64,000 bases of DNA from Eledone cirrhosa. Taxonomy: Eukaryota. Location of the stretch: assembly GCA_964016885.1 (NCBI GenBank), contig OZ024763.1, forward strand, positions 3,534,001 to 3,598,000. The letters run 5' to 3'. The translations under genes and the position numbers were made by a program. Below the pieces are notes generated by a model that was not told where the DNA came from, made no database searches, and saw nothing but the letters and a program-made list of their open reading frames with translations. Numbering within the stretch: the stretch's first letter is position 1; each line of letters begins with the position of its first letter. Positions 1-12,730 of this stretch are shown here, in pieces.

Positions 1-141
1 ATGTATGTATATAAATATATATATATATTATGTATGTATGTATATAAATATATATATATATTATGTATGTATGTATGTATGTATATTATTATGTATGTAT
101 GTATGTATGTATATATATATATATGTGTATGTATATCTCTC

Positions 142-175
<34 letters not shown>

Positions 176-180
176 TATAT

Positions 181-790
181 GGATGTCAGGTCACCAGTTG
201 GTATTACTGGTAACATGTATGCCAGTACAACCTGTCTCATGGTCGGATCGTTGGCGACTAAACTGGCAACCCCACCAAGGTTTCTTGGTGAGGAGGGTGA
301 CTTTGGACATCCTGGGGGACTAAAAACAAAACCTGTCAAAGGGCAAAGGAGCTCTTAAGAGTCAATGGCCATCCAAAATCACCGCGAAAGATGACCTCTT
401 AGCCTTTGTCAAGGCAGAATTCTAGGAGAAGGAAAACTCTGATATAACACTTGCAACCCTGATGGTATCCAATGATGTTGACTTGTTCTTCTTTTTGGTA
501 AATATCATCTTGGTTAAGAGAGTGGGACTGGCTTTGTGCAGTGCCTTTGCTCACTATAAAAGCTTGACGGCACAGGCATTGCTTTATATCTGGAGATCTC
601 TTTGCACTTGTCGTCACATGGTACCATGGGCCCAGCACTATGTGTCAATAATTGTCACAAGTTAAGTGTTTGTACCACAGTTTTCAAGTCGCTGGCTGAA
701 CTAAAAATTCACTCTCGTTCAGCGCATCGGTAGGAGTTCTCCTACATGGATATAAAGTAGTGGCCGTACTCGAAAACGAGTTGGCAGCCA

Positions 791-793
<3 letters not shown>
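181..793 (+). mobile_element. Short non-autonomous RTE-like retroelement (copy 1)
   Basis: Near-identical copy at 4608..5220 and inverted partial copy at 19361..19669. The 3' part encodes a C2H2-like motif ([15 protein letters not shown]...H in the 19.4-kb copy) resembling an RTE ORF C-terminus. Embedded in (TA)n. Confidence 0.5.
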
Positions 794-827
<34 letters not shown>

Positions 828-1543
828 AAATACGATTCTATAGACATGTTTTATGATATATAGCACTGATTATTTAATTGATTAATTCTTCATTGAACCA
901 CAAAGTGACCCGTTGCAAATCACATATATATTTATGACTTTATATATATATATATATACGTATATATAACTATGTATATATCTAGATACATAAGCATATA
1001 TATATATATATATATATATATGTAAATGTATATATGTACGTATTTATGTGTGTGTGTGCGTGTGTATTATGTGGGTCTCAATATGTAAACTAAACGACTA
1101 ACACCGACTTCAGAAAAATCAGTGTTAGTCGACTAGAAAAATCATCAACTTCTGCGACCTTAAAGTATCCCTACAAAATCTCAATTAATAATCTGTACAA
1201 TTGTGAAAGTTATCAAGAAAGCAAGTTAGTAAACTGAAAGGTATGATTTTACAAAATAGTAAGTTGAATGAGTTGTTTCCCTTAGATGAAAGACAACAAA
1301 ACGAAGAGTCTACTGAATGCTAGAAATGGCAGCGACTGAAATATTATAAATAATGATAGTTTTAGTGGTTAAACAACCCTCAAATATATGCCATATTCAA
1401 CAGTTTACCCTACAATACCTTACAAAATTGATGAAAACCCTCTGCAGCGGTTAAAAATACTAGAAATGGCGACTAAATATCCCTCAAATCACAGAGTAGT
1501 GACACTGGAAGTATTTAAAACAAATTCAATGATATATATAATA

Positions 1544-1849
1544 TACGAGGGTAGACTGACCAAGATACTCTTATGGAATGACCAAATGAGGTTTATTTTT
1601 CAACATGCAAGATTTCACAGCTCTAGCATCACTCTTTCATAGGCTGACCAAGATACTCTCATGGAATGACCAAATGAGGTTTATTTTTCAACCTGCAAGA
1701 TTTCACAGCTCTAGACTCACTCCTTCATAGGCTAACCAAGATACTCTCATGGAATGAACAAATGAGGTTACTTTTTCAACATGCAAGATTTCACACCCTA
1801 GCATCACTCCTTCATAGTGAGCCTATGAACTTTTAAGCCTACCTTCGTA
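1544..1849 (+). mobile_element. Mariner-like MITE with ~3 internal 88-bp repeats
   Basis: Ends TA-CGAGGGTAG ... CTACCTTCG-TA, i.e. mariner-type TIR ends with TA TSD; second copy 5974..6368. Confidence 0.6.
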
Positions 1850-2451
1850 TATGTAAACAATGTATTTATTTAATATACAGATAATTACTATTGCTACAGT
1901 TAAAAAATATACAAAAAATAATTTAAATTCAGTTTTTAATTCATGCAACAATTGTGTCAATAGTTAAAGAAATTCGAAATAATTTTTGCACCCATTTTTG
2001 CGATTAAGTAAAGACGGAGTTATCGTTCTTGAGATTTCGGCTCGGAGAAATTTAAGGAACTGATGTCGCTAAATCGCCAAATCATTTACCTGCCCCGTTG
2101 CCTCATGGGAGGGTAATGGCTGCCTTTTATTTTTTAAACGATGGCAGATTCTTTAGTTTCTTTCGTAGCATCTTGTTCCTTGTTTCATATAAGTAAATAA
2201 TTAAAACATTCTGGCGAGAAAGATATAAAAAAGACTGCCATGGTTTTTTTTAATAAAGGCAGCCATTACCCTCCCATGATGCAACGGGGCAGGTAAATGA
2301 TTTGGCGATTTAGCGACATCAGTTCCTTAAATTTGTCCGAGCCGAAATCTCAAGAACGATAACTCCGTCTTTACTTAATCGCAAAAATGGGTGCAAAAAT
2401 TATTTTGAATTTCTTGGTAATTATTTGTATATTAAATACATTATTTACATA

Positions 2452-4048
2452 TACGAAGGTAGGCTTAAAAGTTCATAGGCTAACTATGAAGGAGTGATGC
2501 TAGGGCTGTGCAATCTTGCATGTTGACAAATAAACCTCATTTGGTCATTCCATGAGAGTATCTTGGTCAGCCTATGAAGGAGTGATGCTAGAGCTGTGAA
2601 ATCTTTCATGTTGGAAAATAAAGCCCATTTGCTCATTCCATGAGAGTACCTTGGTCAGCCTATGAAGGAGTGATGCTAGAGCTGTGAAATATTGCATGTT
2701 GAAAAATAAACCTCATTTGGTCATACCATGAGAGTATCTTGGTCAGCCTATGAAGGAGTGATGCTAGAGTTGTGAAATCTTGCATGTTGAAAAATAACCC
2801 TCATTTGGTCATTCCATGAGAGTATCTTGGTCAGCCTTTGAAGGAATGATGCTAGAGCTGCGCAATCTTGCAGGTTGAAAAATAAACCTCATTCGGTCAT
2901 TCCATGAGAGTATCTTGGTCAGCCTATGAAGAAGAGATGCTAAAGCTATAAAATCTTGTATGTTGAAAAATAAACCTCATTTGGTCATTCCATGAGAGTA
3001 TCTTGGTCAGCCAATGAAGGAGTGATGCTAGAGCTGTGAAATCTTGCATGTTGAAAAATAAACCTCATTTGGTCATTCCATGAGAGTATCTTGGTCAGCC
3101 TATGAAGGAGTGATGCTAGAGCTGTGAAAACTTGCATGTTGAAAGATAAACCTCATTTGGTCATTCCATTAGAGTATCTTGGTCAGCCTATAAAGGAGTG
3201 ATGCTAGGGTTGTGAAATCTTGCATGTTGCAAAATAAACATCATTTGGTCATTCCATGAGATTATATTGGTCAGCCTATGAAGGAGTGGGGCTAGAGCTG
3301 TGAAATCTTGCATGTTGCAAAATAAAACTCATTTGGTCATTCCATGAGAGTATCTTGGTCAGCGTTTGAAGGAGTGATGCTAGAACTGCGCAATCTTGCA
3401 GGTTGATAGATAAACCTCATTTGGTCATCCCATGAGAGTATCTTGGTCAACCTATGAAGGAGTGATGCTAGAGCTGTGCAATCTTGCATGTTGGAAAATA
3501 AACCCCATTTGGTCATTCCATAAGAGTATCTTGGTCAGCCTATGAAGGAGTGATGCTAGAGCGGTGAAATCTTGCATGTTGAAAAATAAACCTCATTTGG
3601 TCAGCCTATGAAGGAGTGATGCTAGGGTTGTGAAATCTTGCATGTTGCAAAATAAACCTCATTTGGTCATTCCATGAGAGTATCTTGGTCAGCCTATGAA
3701 GGAATGATGCTAGAGCTGTGAAATCTTGCATGTTGACAAATAAACCTCATTTGGTCATTCCATGAGAGTATCTTGGTCAGCCTTTGAAGGAGTGATGCTA
3801 GAGCTGCGCAATCTTGCAGGTTGATAGATAAACCTCATTTGGTCATCCCATGAGAGTATCTTGGTCAGCCTATGAAGGAGTGATGCTAGAGCTGTGAAAT
3901 CTTGCATGTTGGAAAATAAACCCCATTTGGTCATTCCATAAGAGTATCTTGGTCAGCCTATGAAGGAGTGATGCTAGAGCTGTGAAATCTTGCATGTTGA
4001 AAAATAAACCTCATTTGGTCATTCCATGAGAGTATCTTGGTCAGCCTA
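2452..4048 (-). repeat. Inverted MITE copy with 88-bp satellite expanded to ~18 units
   Basis: Starts TACGAAGGTAGGCTTAAAAG; unit GAAGGAGTGATGCTAGAGCTGTGAAATCTTGCATG...GGTCAGCCTAT; the duplicated copy 6971..7550 has ~6 units. Confidence 0.85.
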
Positions 4049-4196
4049 TTCACACACACACAAACACACATATATATATATGTATGTATATAAATATATA
4101 TGTAATTATATGTATATATGTATATATATATGTATGTATATATATATATATATATATGTATGTATATATATATATATATGTCTATATATATGTATG

Positions 4197-4229
<33 letters not shown>

Positions 4230-4318
4230 ATATGTATGTATGTATATATATCTATGTATATATGTATGTATATAAATATATATATATATATATATGTATA
4301 TATATGTATGTATGTATG

Positions 4319-4351
<33 letters not shown>

Positions 4352-4438
4352 ATCTCTATATATATATGTATGTATATCTCTCTATATATATGTATATATA
4401 TATATATATATGTATGTATATATATATATATATATGTC

Positions 4439-4477
<39 letters not shown>

Positions 4478-4556
4478 GTATATCTATGTATGTATGTATG
4501 TATATCTATGTATATATGTATGTATATAAATATATATATATATGTATATATATATG

Positions 4557-4607
<51 letters not shown>

Positions 4608-4609
<2 letters not shown>

Positions 4610-5217
4610 ATGTCAGGTCACCAGTTGGTATTACTGGTAACATGTATCCCAGTACAACCTGTCTCATGGTCGGGTCGTTGGCGACTAAAGTGACAACACC
4701 ACCAAGGTTTCTTGGTGAGGAGGGTGACTTTGGACATCCTGGGGGACTAAAAACAAAACCTGTCAAAGGGCAAAGGAGCTCTTAAGAGTCAATGGCCATC
4801 CAAAATCACCGCGAAAGATGACCTCTTAGCCTTTGTCAAGGCAGAATTCTAGGAGAAGGAAAACTCTGATATAACACTTGCAACCCTGATGGTATCCAAT
4901 GATGTTGACTTGTTCTTCTTTTTGGTAAATATCATCTTGGTTAAGAGAGTGGGACTGGCCTTGTGCAGTGCCTTTGCTCACTATTACAGCTTGACGGCAC
5001 AGGCATTGCTTTATATCTGGAGATCTCTTTGCACTTGTCGTCACATGGTACCATGGGCCCAGCACTATGTGTCAATAATTGTCACAAGTTTAGTGTTTGT
5101 ACCACAGTTTTCAAGTCGCTGGCTGAACTAAAAATTCACTCTCGTTCAGCGCATCGGTAGGAGTTCTCCTACATGGATATAAAGTAGTGGCCGTACTCGA
5201 AAACGAGTTGGCAGCCA

Positions 5218-5220
<3 letters not shown>
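4608..5220 (+). mobile_element. Short non-autonomous RTE-like retroelement (copy 2, part of tandem duplication)
   Basis: Near-identical to 181..793. Confidence 0.5.
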
Positions 5221-5252
<32 letters not shown>

Positions 5253-5360
5253 AAATACGATTCTATAGACATGTTTTATGATATATAGCTCTGATTATTT
5301 AATTGATTAATTCTTCATTGAACCACAAAGTGACCCGTTGCAAATCACATATATATTTAT

Positions 5361-5393
<33 letters not shown>

Positions 5394-7641
5394 CGTATAT
5401 ATAACTATGTATATATCTAGATATATAAGTATATATATATATATATATATATGTAAATGTATATATGTACGTATTTATGTGTGTGTGTGCGTGTGTATTA
5501 TGTGGGTCTCAATATGTAAACTAAACGACTAACACCGACTTCAGAAAAATCAGTGTTAGTCGACTAGAAAAATCATCAACTTCTGCGACCTTAAAGTATC
5601 CCTACAAAATCTCAATTAATAATCTGTACAATTGTGAAAGTTATCAAGAAAGCAAGTTAGTAAACTGAAAGGTATGATTTTACAAAATAGTAAGTTGAAT
5701 GAGTTGTTTCCCTTAGATGAAAGACAACAAAACGAAGAGTCTACTGAATGCTAGAAATGGCAGCGACTGAAATATTATAAATAATGATAGTTTTAGTGGT
5801 TAAACAACCCTCAAATATATGCCATATTCAACAGTTTACCCTACAATACCTTACAAAATTGATGAAAACCCTCTGCAGCGGTTAAAAATACTAGAAATGG
5901 CGACTAAATATCCCTCAAATCACAGAGTAGTGACACTGGAAGTATTTAAAACAAATTCAATGATATATATAATATACGAGGGTAGGCTGACCAAGATACT
6001 CTCATGGAATGACCAAATGAGGTTTATTTTTCAACATGCAAGATTTCACAGCAGTAGCATCACTCCTTCATAGGCTGACCACTATACTCTGATGGAATGA
6101 CCAAATGAGGTTTATTTTTCAACATGCAAGATTTCACAGCTCTAGCATCACTCCTTCATAGGCTGACCAAGATACTCTCATGGAATGACCAAATGAGGTT
6201 TATTTTTCAACCTGCAAGATTTCACAGCTCTAGACTCACTCCTTCATAGGCTAACCAAGATACTCTCATGGAATGAACAAATGAGGTTACTTTTTCAACA
6301 TGCAAGATTTCACACCCTAGCATCACTCCTTCATAGTGAGCCTATGAACTTTTAAGCCTACCTTCGTATATGTAAACAATGTATTTATTTAATATACAGA
6401 TAATTACTATTGCTACAGTTAAAAAATATACAAAAAATAATTTAAATTCAGTTTTTAATTCATGCAACAATTGTGTCAATAGTTAAAGAAATTCGAAATA
6501 ATTTTTGCACCCATTTTTGCGATTAAGTAAAGACGGAGTTATCGTTCTTGAGATTTCGGCTCGGAGAAATTTAAGGAACTGATGTCGCTAAATCGCCAAA
6601 TCATTTACCTGCCCCGTTGCCTCATGGGAGGGTAATGGCTGCCTTTTATTTTTTAAACGATGGCAGATTCTTTAGTTTCTTTCGTAGCATCTTGTTCCTT
6701 GTTTCATATAAGTAAATAATTAAAACATTCTGGCGAGAAAGATATAAAAAAGACTGCCATGGTTTTTTTTAATAAAGGCAGCCATTACCCTCCCATGATG
6801 CAACGGGGCAGGTAAATGATTTGGCGATTTAGCGACATCAGTTCCTTAAATTTGTCCGAGCCGAAATCTCAAGAACGATAACTCCGTCTTTACTTAATCG
6901 CAAAAATGGGTGCAAAAATTATTTTGAATTTCTTGGTAATTATTTGTATATTAAATACATTATTTACATATACGAAGGTAGGCTTAAAAGTTCATAGGCT
7001 CACTATGAAGGAGTGATGCTAGGGCTGTGCAATCTTGCATGTTGACAAATAAACCTCATTTGGTCATTCCATGAGAGTATCTTGGTCAGCCTATGAAGGA
7101 GTGATGCTAGAGCTGTGAAATCTTTCATGTTGGAAAATAAAGCCCATTTGCTCATTCCATGAGAGTATCTTGGTCAGCCTATGAAGGAGTGATGCTAGAG
7201 CTGTGAAATCTTGCATGTTGAAAAATAAACGTCATTTGGTCATTCCATGAGAGTATATTGGTCAGCCTTTGAAGGAGTGATGCTGGAGCTGCGCAATCTT
7301 GCAGGTACAAAAATAAACCTCATTTGGTCATCCCATGAGAGTATCTTGGTCAGCCTATGAAGGAGTGATGCTAGAGCTGTGAAATCTTGCATGTTGGAAA
7401 ATAAACCCCATTTGGTCATTCCATGAGAGTATCTTGGTCAGCCTATGAAGGAGTGATGCTAGAGCTGTGAAATCTTGCCTGTTGAAAAATAAACGTCATT
7501 TGGTCATTCCATGAGAGTATCTTGGTCAGCCTATGAAGGAGTGATGCTAGCATCACTCCTTCATAGGCTGACTATACATATATATCCATATATACATACA
7601 TATATATATACATAAATATATATATACATACATATATATAT

Positions 7642-7684
<43 letters not shown>

Positions 7685-9009
7685 CATATATATATACATA
7701 CATATATATATATATACATATATATTCATATAATATATAGATACATATATATTCATATAATATATAGATACATATATATTCATATAATATATAAATATTC
7801 ATATATATATATATATATACATACATATATATTGATATATATATATATATATATATATAATAATAAGGGTTGACGGACCCAGCATATTTATCAATGCCAG
7901 TACCAGTTGTATCTCAGGGCACTCAATGTCAATGTAAGATACATTACCAGAGTATACACTTAGTTATTTGCCTCAACTCAACACACGTTAATCGGGTGCC
8001 TATAAGGTTCCCGGACTCGAGTTTCTGCAGCACTAAGGTGCACTGCGCCATCTGTCTGCATATATTATGCAACAATGCACAATCGGCTTATGCTGCTTCA
8101 TCAGCGGGTATCGCCTAATCAATAACCAATCGATCGACATAATCCAAACACCGACCCGCGCCGGTCATAACTGTTTGTGACAACCGACAAGGTAAAGCGA
8201 TTAACTGGCAACCGATAGGACTCTATCTCTCAACTAGCCACCGGTTTATAAATTTTACGTGAGGACGGGAAGCTAAAAAGAATCAATCTATTAGTTCCTG
8301 TCAGAGGTTCTCAGCCAACGTGTCTCACACACAAACTATCATATATAATATGAATGAGGGATGGCAAATTTAATACAAATGTGCAGTACTGCCAATCCTG
8401 TTGTTGTGGCTTCGAATAAACACTAAACTGTTAAGAAGAAAGTTTGAAAATGTTTTAATATAATAAAAAGCACATTCGTGTGTCTGTGTGTTATGTGTAA
8501 CTATACTAGATATAAACACTAATTTCTTTCTTTAAACTATCTCACATACACACGTTTTCACGCATTCCTATGTATAGGTATTGTAGTTATGAAGCATCTG
8601 TAACTACATACTGTATGATCAAATATATTCGAAGTCCTGTCAATCACGTTGTGGTTTCCAATAAACATTAAACTGTTAACAAAAAAGTCTGAAAATGTCT
8701 TTATATATTCAAAAGCATACTTGTGTGTGTGTCTGTGTTATGCATAACTATAGTAGATATAAACACGGATCTCCCTTTCTCACACAAACACACCCTTTGT
8801 ATAGGAATGGCGTAATAACAGGAGTTGTATTTATGAAGCATCTGTAACTACATATTGTATGTTCAAATATTCGAAGTTGAAATCAACGTTAGTTCAATGA
8901 GATATGAACTTGTGTAGGTAACATGGAACCCATATGTAACCGGTCGACTTGCTCACAAGGACGACCAAATAAAACACATAAATGTGTGTGTGAGTTATGT
9001 ATAACTATA

Positions 9010-9830
9010 CGAGATATAGACGTCAACAGGAAGACTGTAGATGGCCAATTGTAAGTTCGAATCAACTATAAACCATTGTGGAGTTTTGAAAAACTTTAAA
9101 TAAAACACATAAATGTGTGTGTGTGTTATATATAACTATACTAGATATAGACGTCAACAGGAAGACTGTAGATGGCCAATTGTAAGTTCGAATCAACTAT
9201 AAACCAATGAGGAGTTTTGAAAAACTTTAAATAAATCACATAAATGTGTGTGTGTCTGTGTGTTATATATAACTATACTAGATATAGACGTCAACAGGAA
9301 GACTGTACATGGCCAATTGTAGGTTCGAATCAACTATAAACCAATGAGGAGTTTTGAAAAACTTAAAATAAATCACATAAATGTGTGTGTGTCTGTGTGT
9401 TATATATAACTATACTAGATATAGACGTCAACAGGAAGACTGTACATGGCCAATTGTAGGTTCGAATCAACTATAAACCAATGAGGAGTTTTGAAAAACT
9501 TAAAATAAATCACATAAATGTGTGTGTGTCTGTGTGTTATATATAACTATACTAGATATAGACGTCAACAGGAAGACTGTACATGGCCAATTGTAGGTTC
9601 GAATCAACTATAAACCAATGAGGAGTTTTGAAAAACTTAAAATAAAACATATAAATGTGTGTGTGTCTGTGTGTTATATATAACTATACTAGATATAGAC
9701 GTCAACATGAAGACTGTAGATGGCCAATTGCAGGTTCGAATCAACTATAAACCAATGAGGAGTTTTGAAAAACTTAAAATAAAACACATAAATGTGTGTG
9801 TGTCTGTGTGTTATGTATACAAGATATAGA
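9010..9830. repeat. 137-bp tandem repeat, ~6 copies, inside the left foldback arm
   Basis: GACGTCAACA recurs at 9019, 9150, 9287, 9424, 9561 and 9698; about 2 copies in the right arm. Confidence 0.9.
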
Positions 9831-9953
9831 CGCCATTTTGAAGCCCCTACGTGGTCGGTCGACTTACTCGAAATAGTAGTCAAAGAGAGGAGATTTATTT
9901 TCACCCGATACAAAAAGTAGGTTTATAAATATTAATTTTCACTATATTTTTAA

Positions 9954-10060
9954 GGCGGTCTCGTTGGCCGAGTGGTCCGGTGCGTTGAGTCTGCTGAGAT
10001 ACTGGTCGGGGGTTCGATTCCGGCCAACGTCTACACATAGGGGGTCTTATTAAACTTTTT
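9954..10060 (+). ncRNA. tRNA-derived Pol III unit (SINE-head-like); mirrored copy ~10095..10200 on minus
   Basis: A box TGGCCGAGTGG at 9965, B box GGTTCGATTCC at 10011, T-run at ~10056; no canonical cloverleaf. Confidence 0.5.
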
Positions 10061-12730
10061 CAGTTTTTATACTAAGAGATAAAATAAAAACTGAAAAAGT
10101 TTAATAAGACCCCCTATGTGTAGACGTTGGCCGGAATCGAACCCCCGACCAGTATCTCAGCAGACTCAACGCACCGTACCACTCGGCCAACGAGACCGCC
10201 TTAAAAATATAGTGAAAATTAATATTTATAAACCTACTTTTTGTATCGGGTGAAAATAAATCTCCTCTCTTTGACTACTATTTCGAGTAAGTCGACCGAC
10301 CATGTAGGGGCTTCAAAATGGCGTCTATATATTGTAAACATAACACACAGACACACACACAACATTTTTGTCTCGATTTTTGCCATTAAGTAAGACAAGA
10401 GTTATCTTTCTTGGCAAAAACACCCTGGTTTGTTTACATTAAATTTTCTATTGTTTAAAAACTTTTGCCTGATTTTAAGCCAAAGTTTTTTAATGGCTGC
10501 CACTTCCGGTTTTTCTTGTGCGTCCACAGGACAGCAGTAAACCTGCTAGAAATAGCAGTCTTTGGCTACTATTTCGAACAAGTCGACCGACAACGTAGGG
10601 GGCTTCCCATATCTTATATACATAACACACAGACACACACACATTTATGTGTTTTATTTAAAGTTTTTCAAAACTCCTCATCGGTTTATAGTTGATTCGA
10701 ACTTACAATTGGCCATGTACAGTCTTCCTGTTGACGTCTATATCTAGTATAGTTATATATAACACACAGACACACACACATTTATGTGTTTTATTTAAAG
10801 TTTTTCAAAACTCCTCAATGGTTTATAGTTGATTCGAACTTACAATTGGCCATGTACAGTCTTCCTGTTGACGTCTATATCTAGTATATAAATACATAAC
10901 ACACACACACATTTATGTGTTTTATTTGGTCGTCCTTGTGAGCAAGTCGACCGGTTACATATGGGTTCCATGTTACCTACACAAGTTCATATCTCATTGA
11001 ACTAATGTTGATTTCAACTTCGAATATTTGAACATACAATATGTAGTTACAGATGCTTCATAAATACAACTCCTGTCATTGCGCCATTCCTATACAAAGG
11101 GTGTGTTTGTGTGAGAAAGGGAGATCCGTGTTTATATCTAGTATAGTTATGCATTACACACAGACACACACACAAGTATGCCTTTTAAGACATTTTCAGA
11201 CTTTTTTTGTTAAGAGTTTAATGTTTATTGGAAACCACAACGTGATTGACAGTACTTCGAATATATTTGATCATATAGTATGTAGTTACTTCATAACTAC
11301 AATACCTATACATAGGAATGCGTGAAAACGTGTGTATGTGAGATAGTTTAAAGAGGGAAATTAGTGTTTATATCTAGTATAGTTACACATAACACAGACA
11401 CACGAATGTGCTTTTTAATATATTAAGACATTTTCAAACTTTCTTCTTAACAGTTTAGTGTTTATTCGATGCCACAACGGGATTGGCAGTACTGCACGAA
11501 TGTATCGTAAATTAAATTTGCCATGCGTCATTCATATATATGTATATATATATATATATAACGAAGGAGTTGTGGTAAGGAACCAAATGGACAATAACGC
11601 ACCAGAGTACTCAATACTTAGGGTAATAGGAGAAAGTACGATCCCGACGGCGGAAATAGCCGTCGAAACGGCTTGAGCTCTGCCGTCGGGGTCATATTTT
11701 CTCCTATGTATATATATATGTGTGTGTGTAAGTCAAGAGTTCTCAAACTATACGACCATATAAAAAGATCAACTCGTGGTGGGAGGAGGTTATGCTTGGT
11801 AGGAAGGTTGGCTGATAAGAGAAGCAGAGCCCGGCAGCCAAAACGATGGCTTGACAACGTCAACTTATGGACTGGACTTGATCTTTGCTCTTTGAACTCT
11901 GCTGCTGGTGATCGAACATTGTGGAGAGAGATAGCACATGTTAATGCGCAGTCTGCAACTGGCGGAGTCTAGCGTCACATGAAGAAGTGTGAAAGAGAGA
12001 GATATATGTCTATATCTACTATAGTTACGCATAACACACATATTCATTTTGGCTGACTTCGTACAAGGTCCCTATTAGTGTCTACACCTTATATAGTTAT
12101 ACATAACACACTCACTCATGTATATCTTTATTTGGCCGCACCTTTTGAGCAACTCGACCGGTCACATACGGAGGAGGGGGAATATTGGTTACACAAGAGA
12201 AACATAGAAGTTAATCTCTTGTTATTTTAACGTTTAAAATGCTCCATGACTACAACTCCGTCACACCCCAGAATCATGTGTGCATGTGTCTGAGAGAGAG
12301 ATTGGTGTCTGTATCTAGTACAATTACATCTCTCTCTCTCTCTCTCACACAACACACACATTATATATAATATATTATATATATATATATGGGGTCGATA
12401 AAATAAAGTACCAGTAATACATATATATAATATATTATATATAAATAAAGTACCAGTAATATACTGGGTAATTGCTGGCCTTGTGCCAAAAGTAGAAACA
12501 ATTATATATATAATATATTATATATAATATACTATATATATAATATATTATATATATAATATATTATATATAATATATATATATTATATATATAATATAT
12601 TATATATATTATATATATAATATATTATATATATATATATTATATATATAATATATTATATATATATATAATATATTATATATATAATATATATATATAT
12701 ATATTATATATATAATATATATATTATATA

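Larger units (their letters stand above)
181..7572. repeat. Tandem segmental duplication, ~4.4-kb period
   Basis: 181..4048 is repeated from 4608; copies differ mainly in microsatellite length and 88-bp satellite copy number. Confidence 0.9.
8349..11536. mobile_element. Foldback-type giant inverted repeat, centre ~10077
   Basis: Left arm 8349..10070 is the reverse complement of 10085..11536, with an interruption at ~10362-10560; arms are built of modular subrepeats. Confidence 0.75.

Noticed and set aside
9954-10035. Genuine tRNA gene
   Set aside because: A and B boxes are present, but I could not form an acceptor stem or anticodon arm
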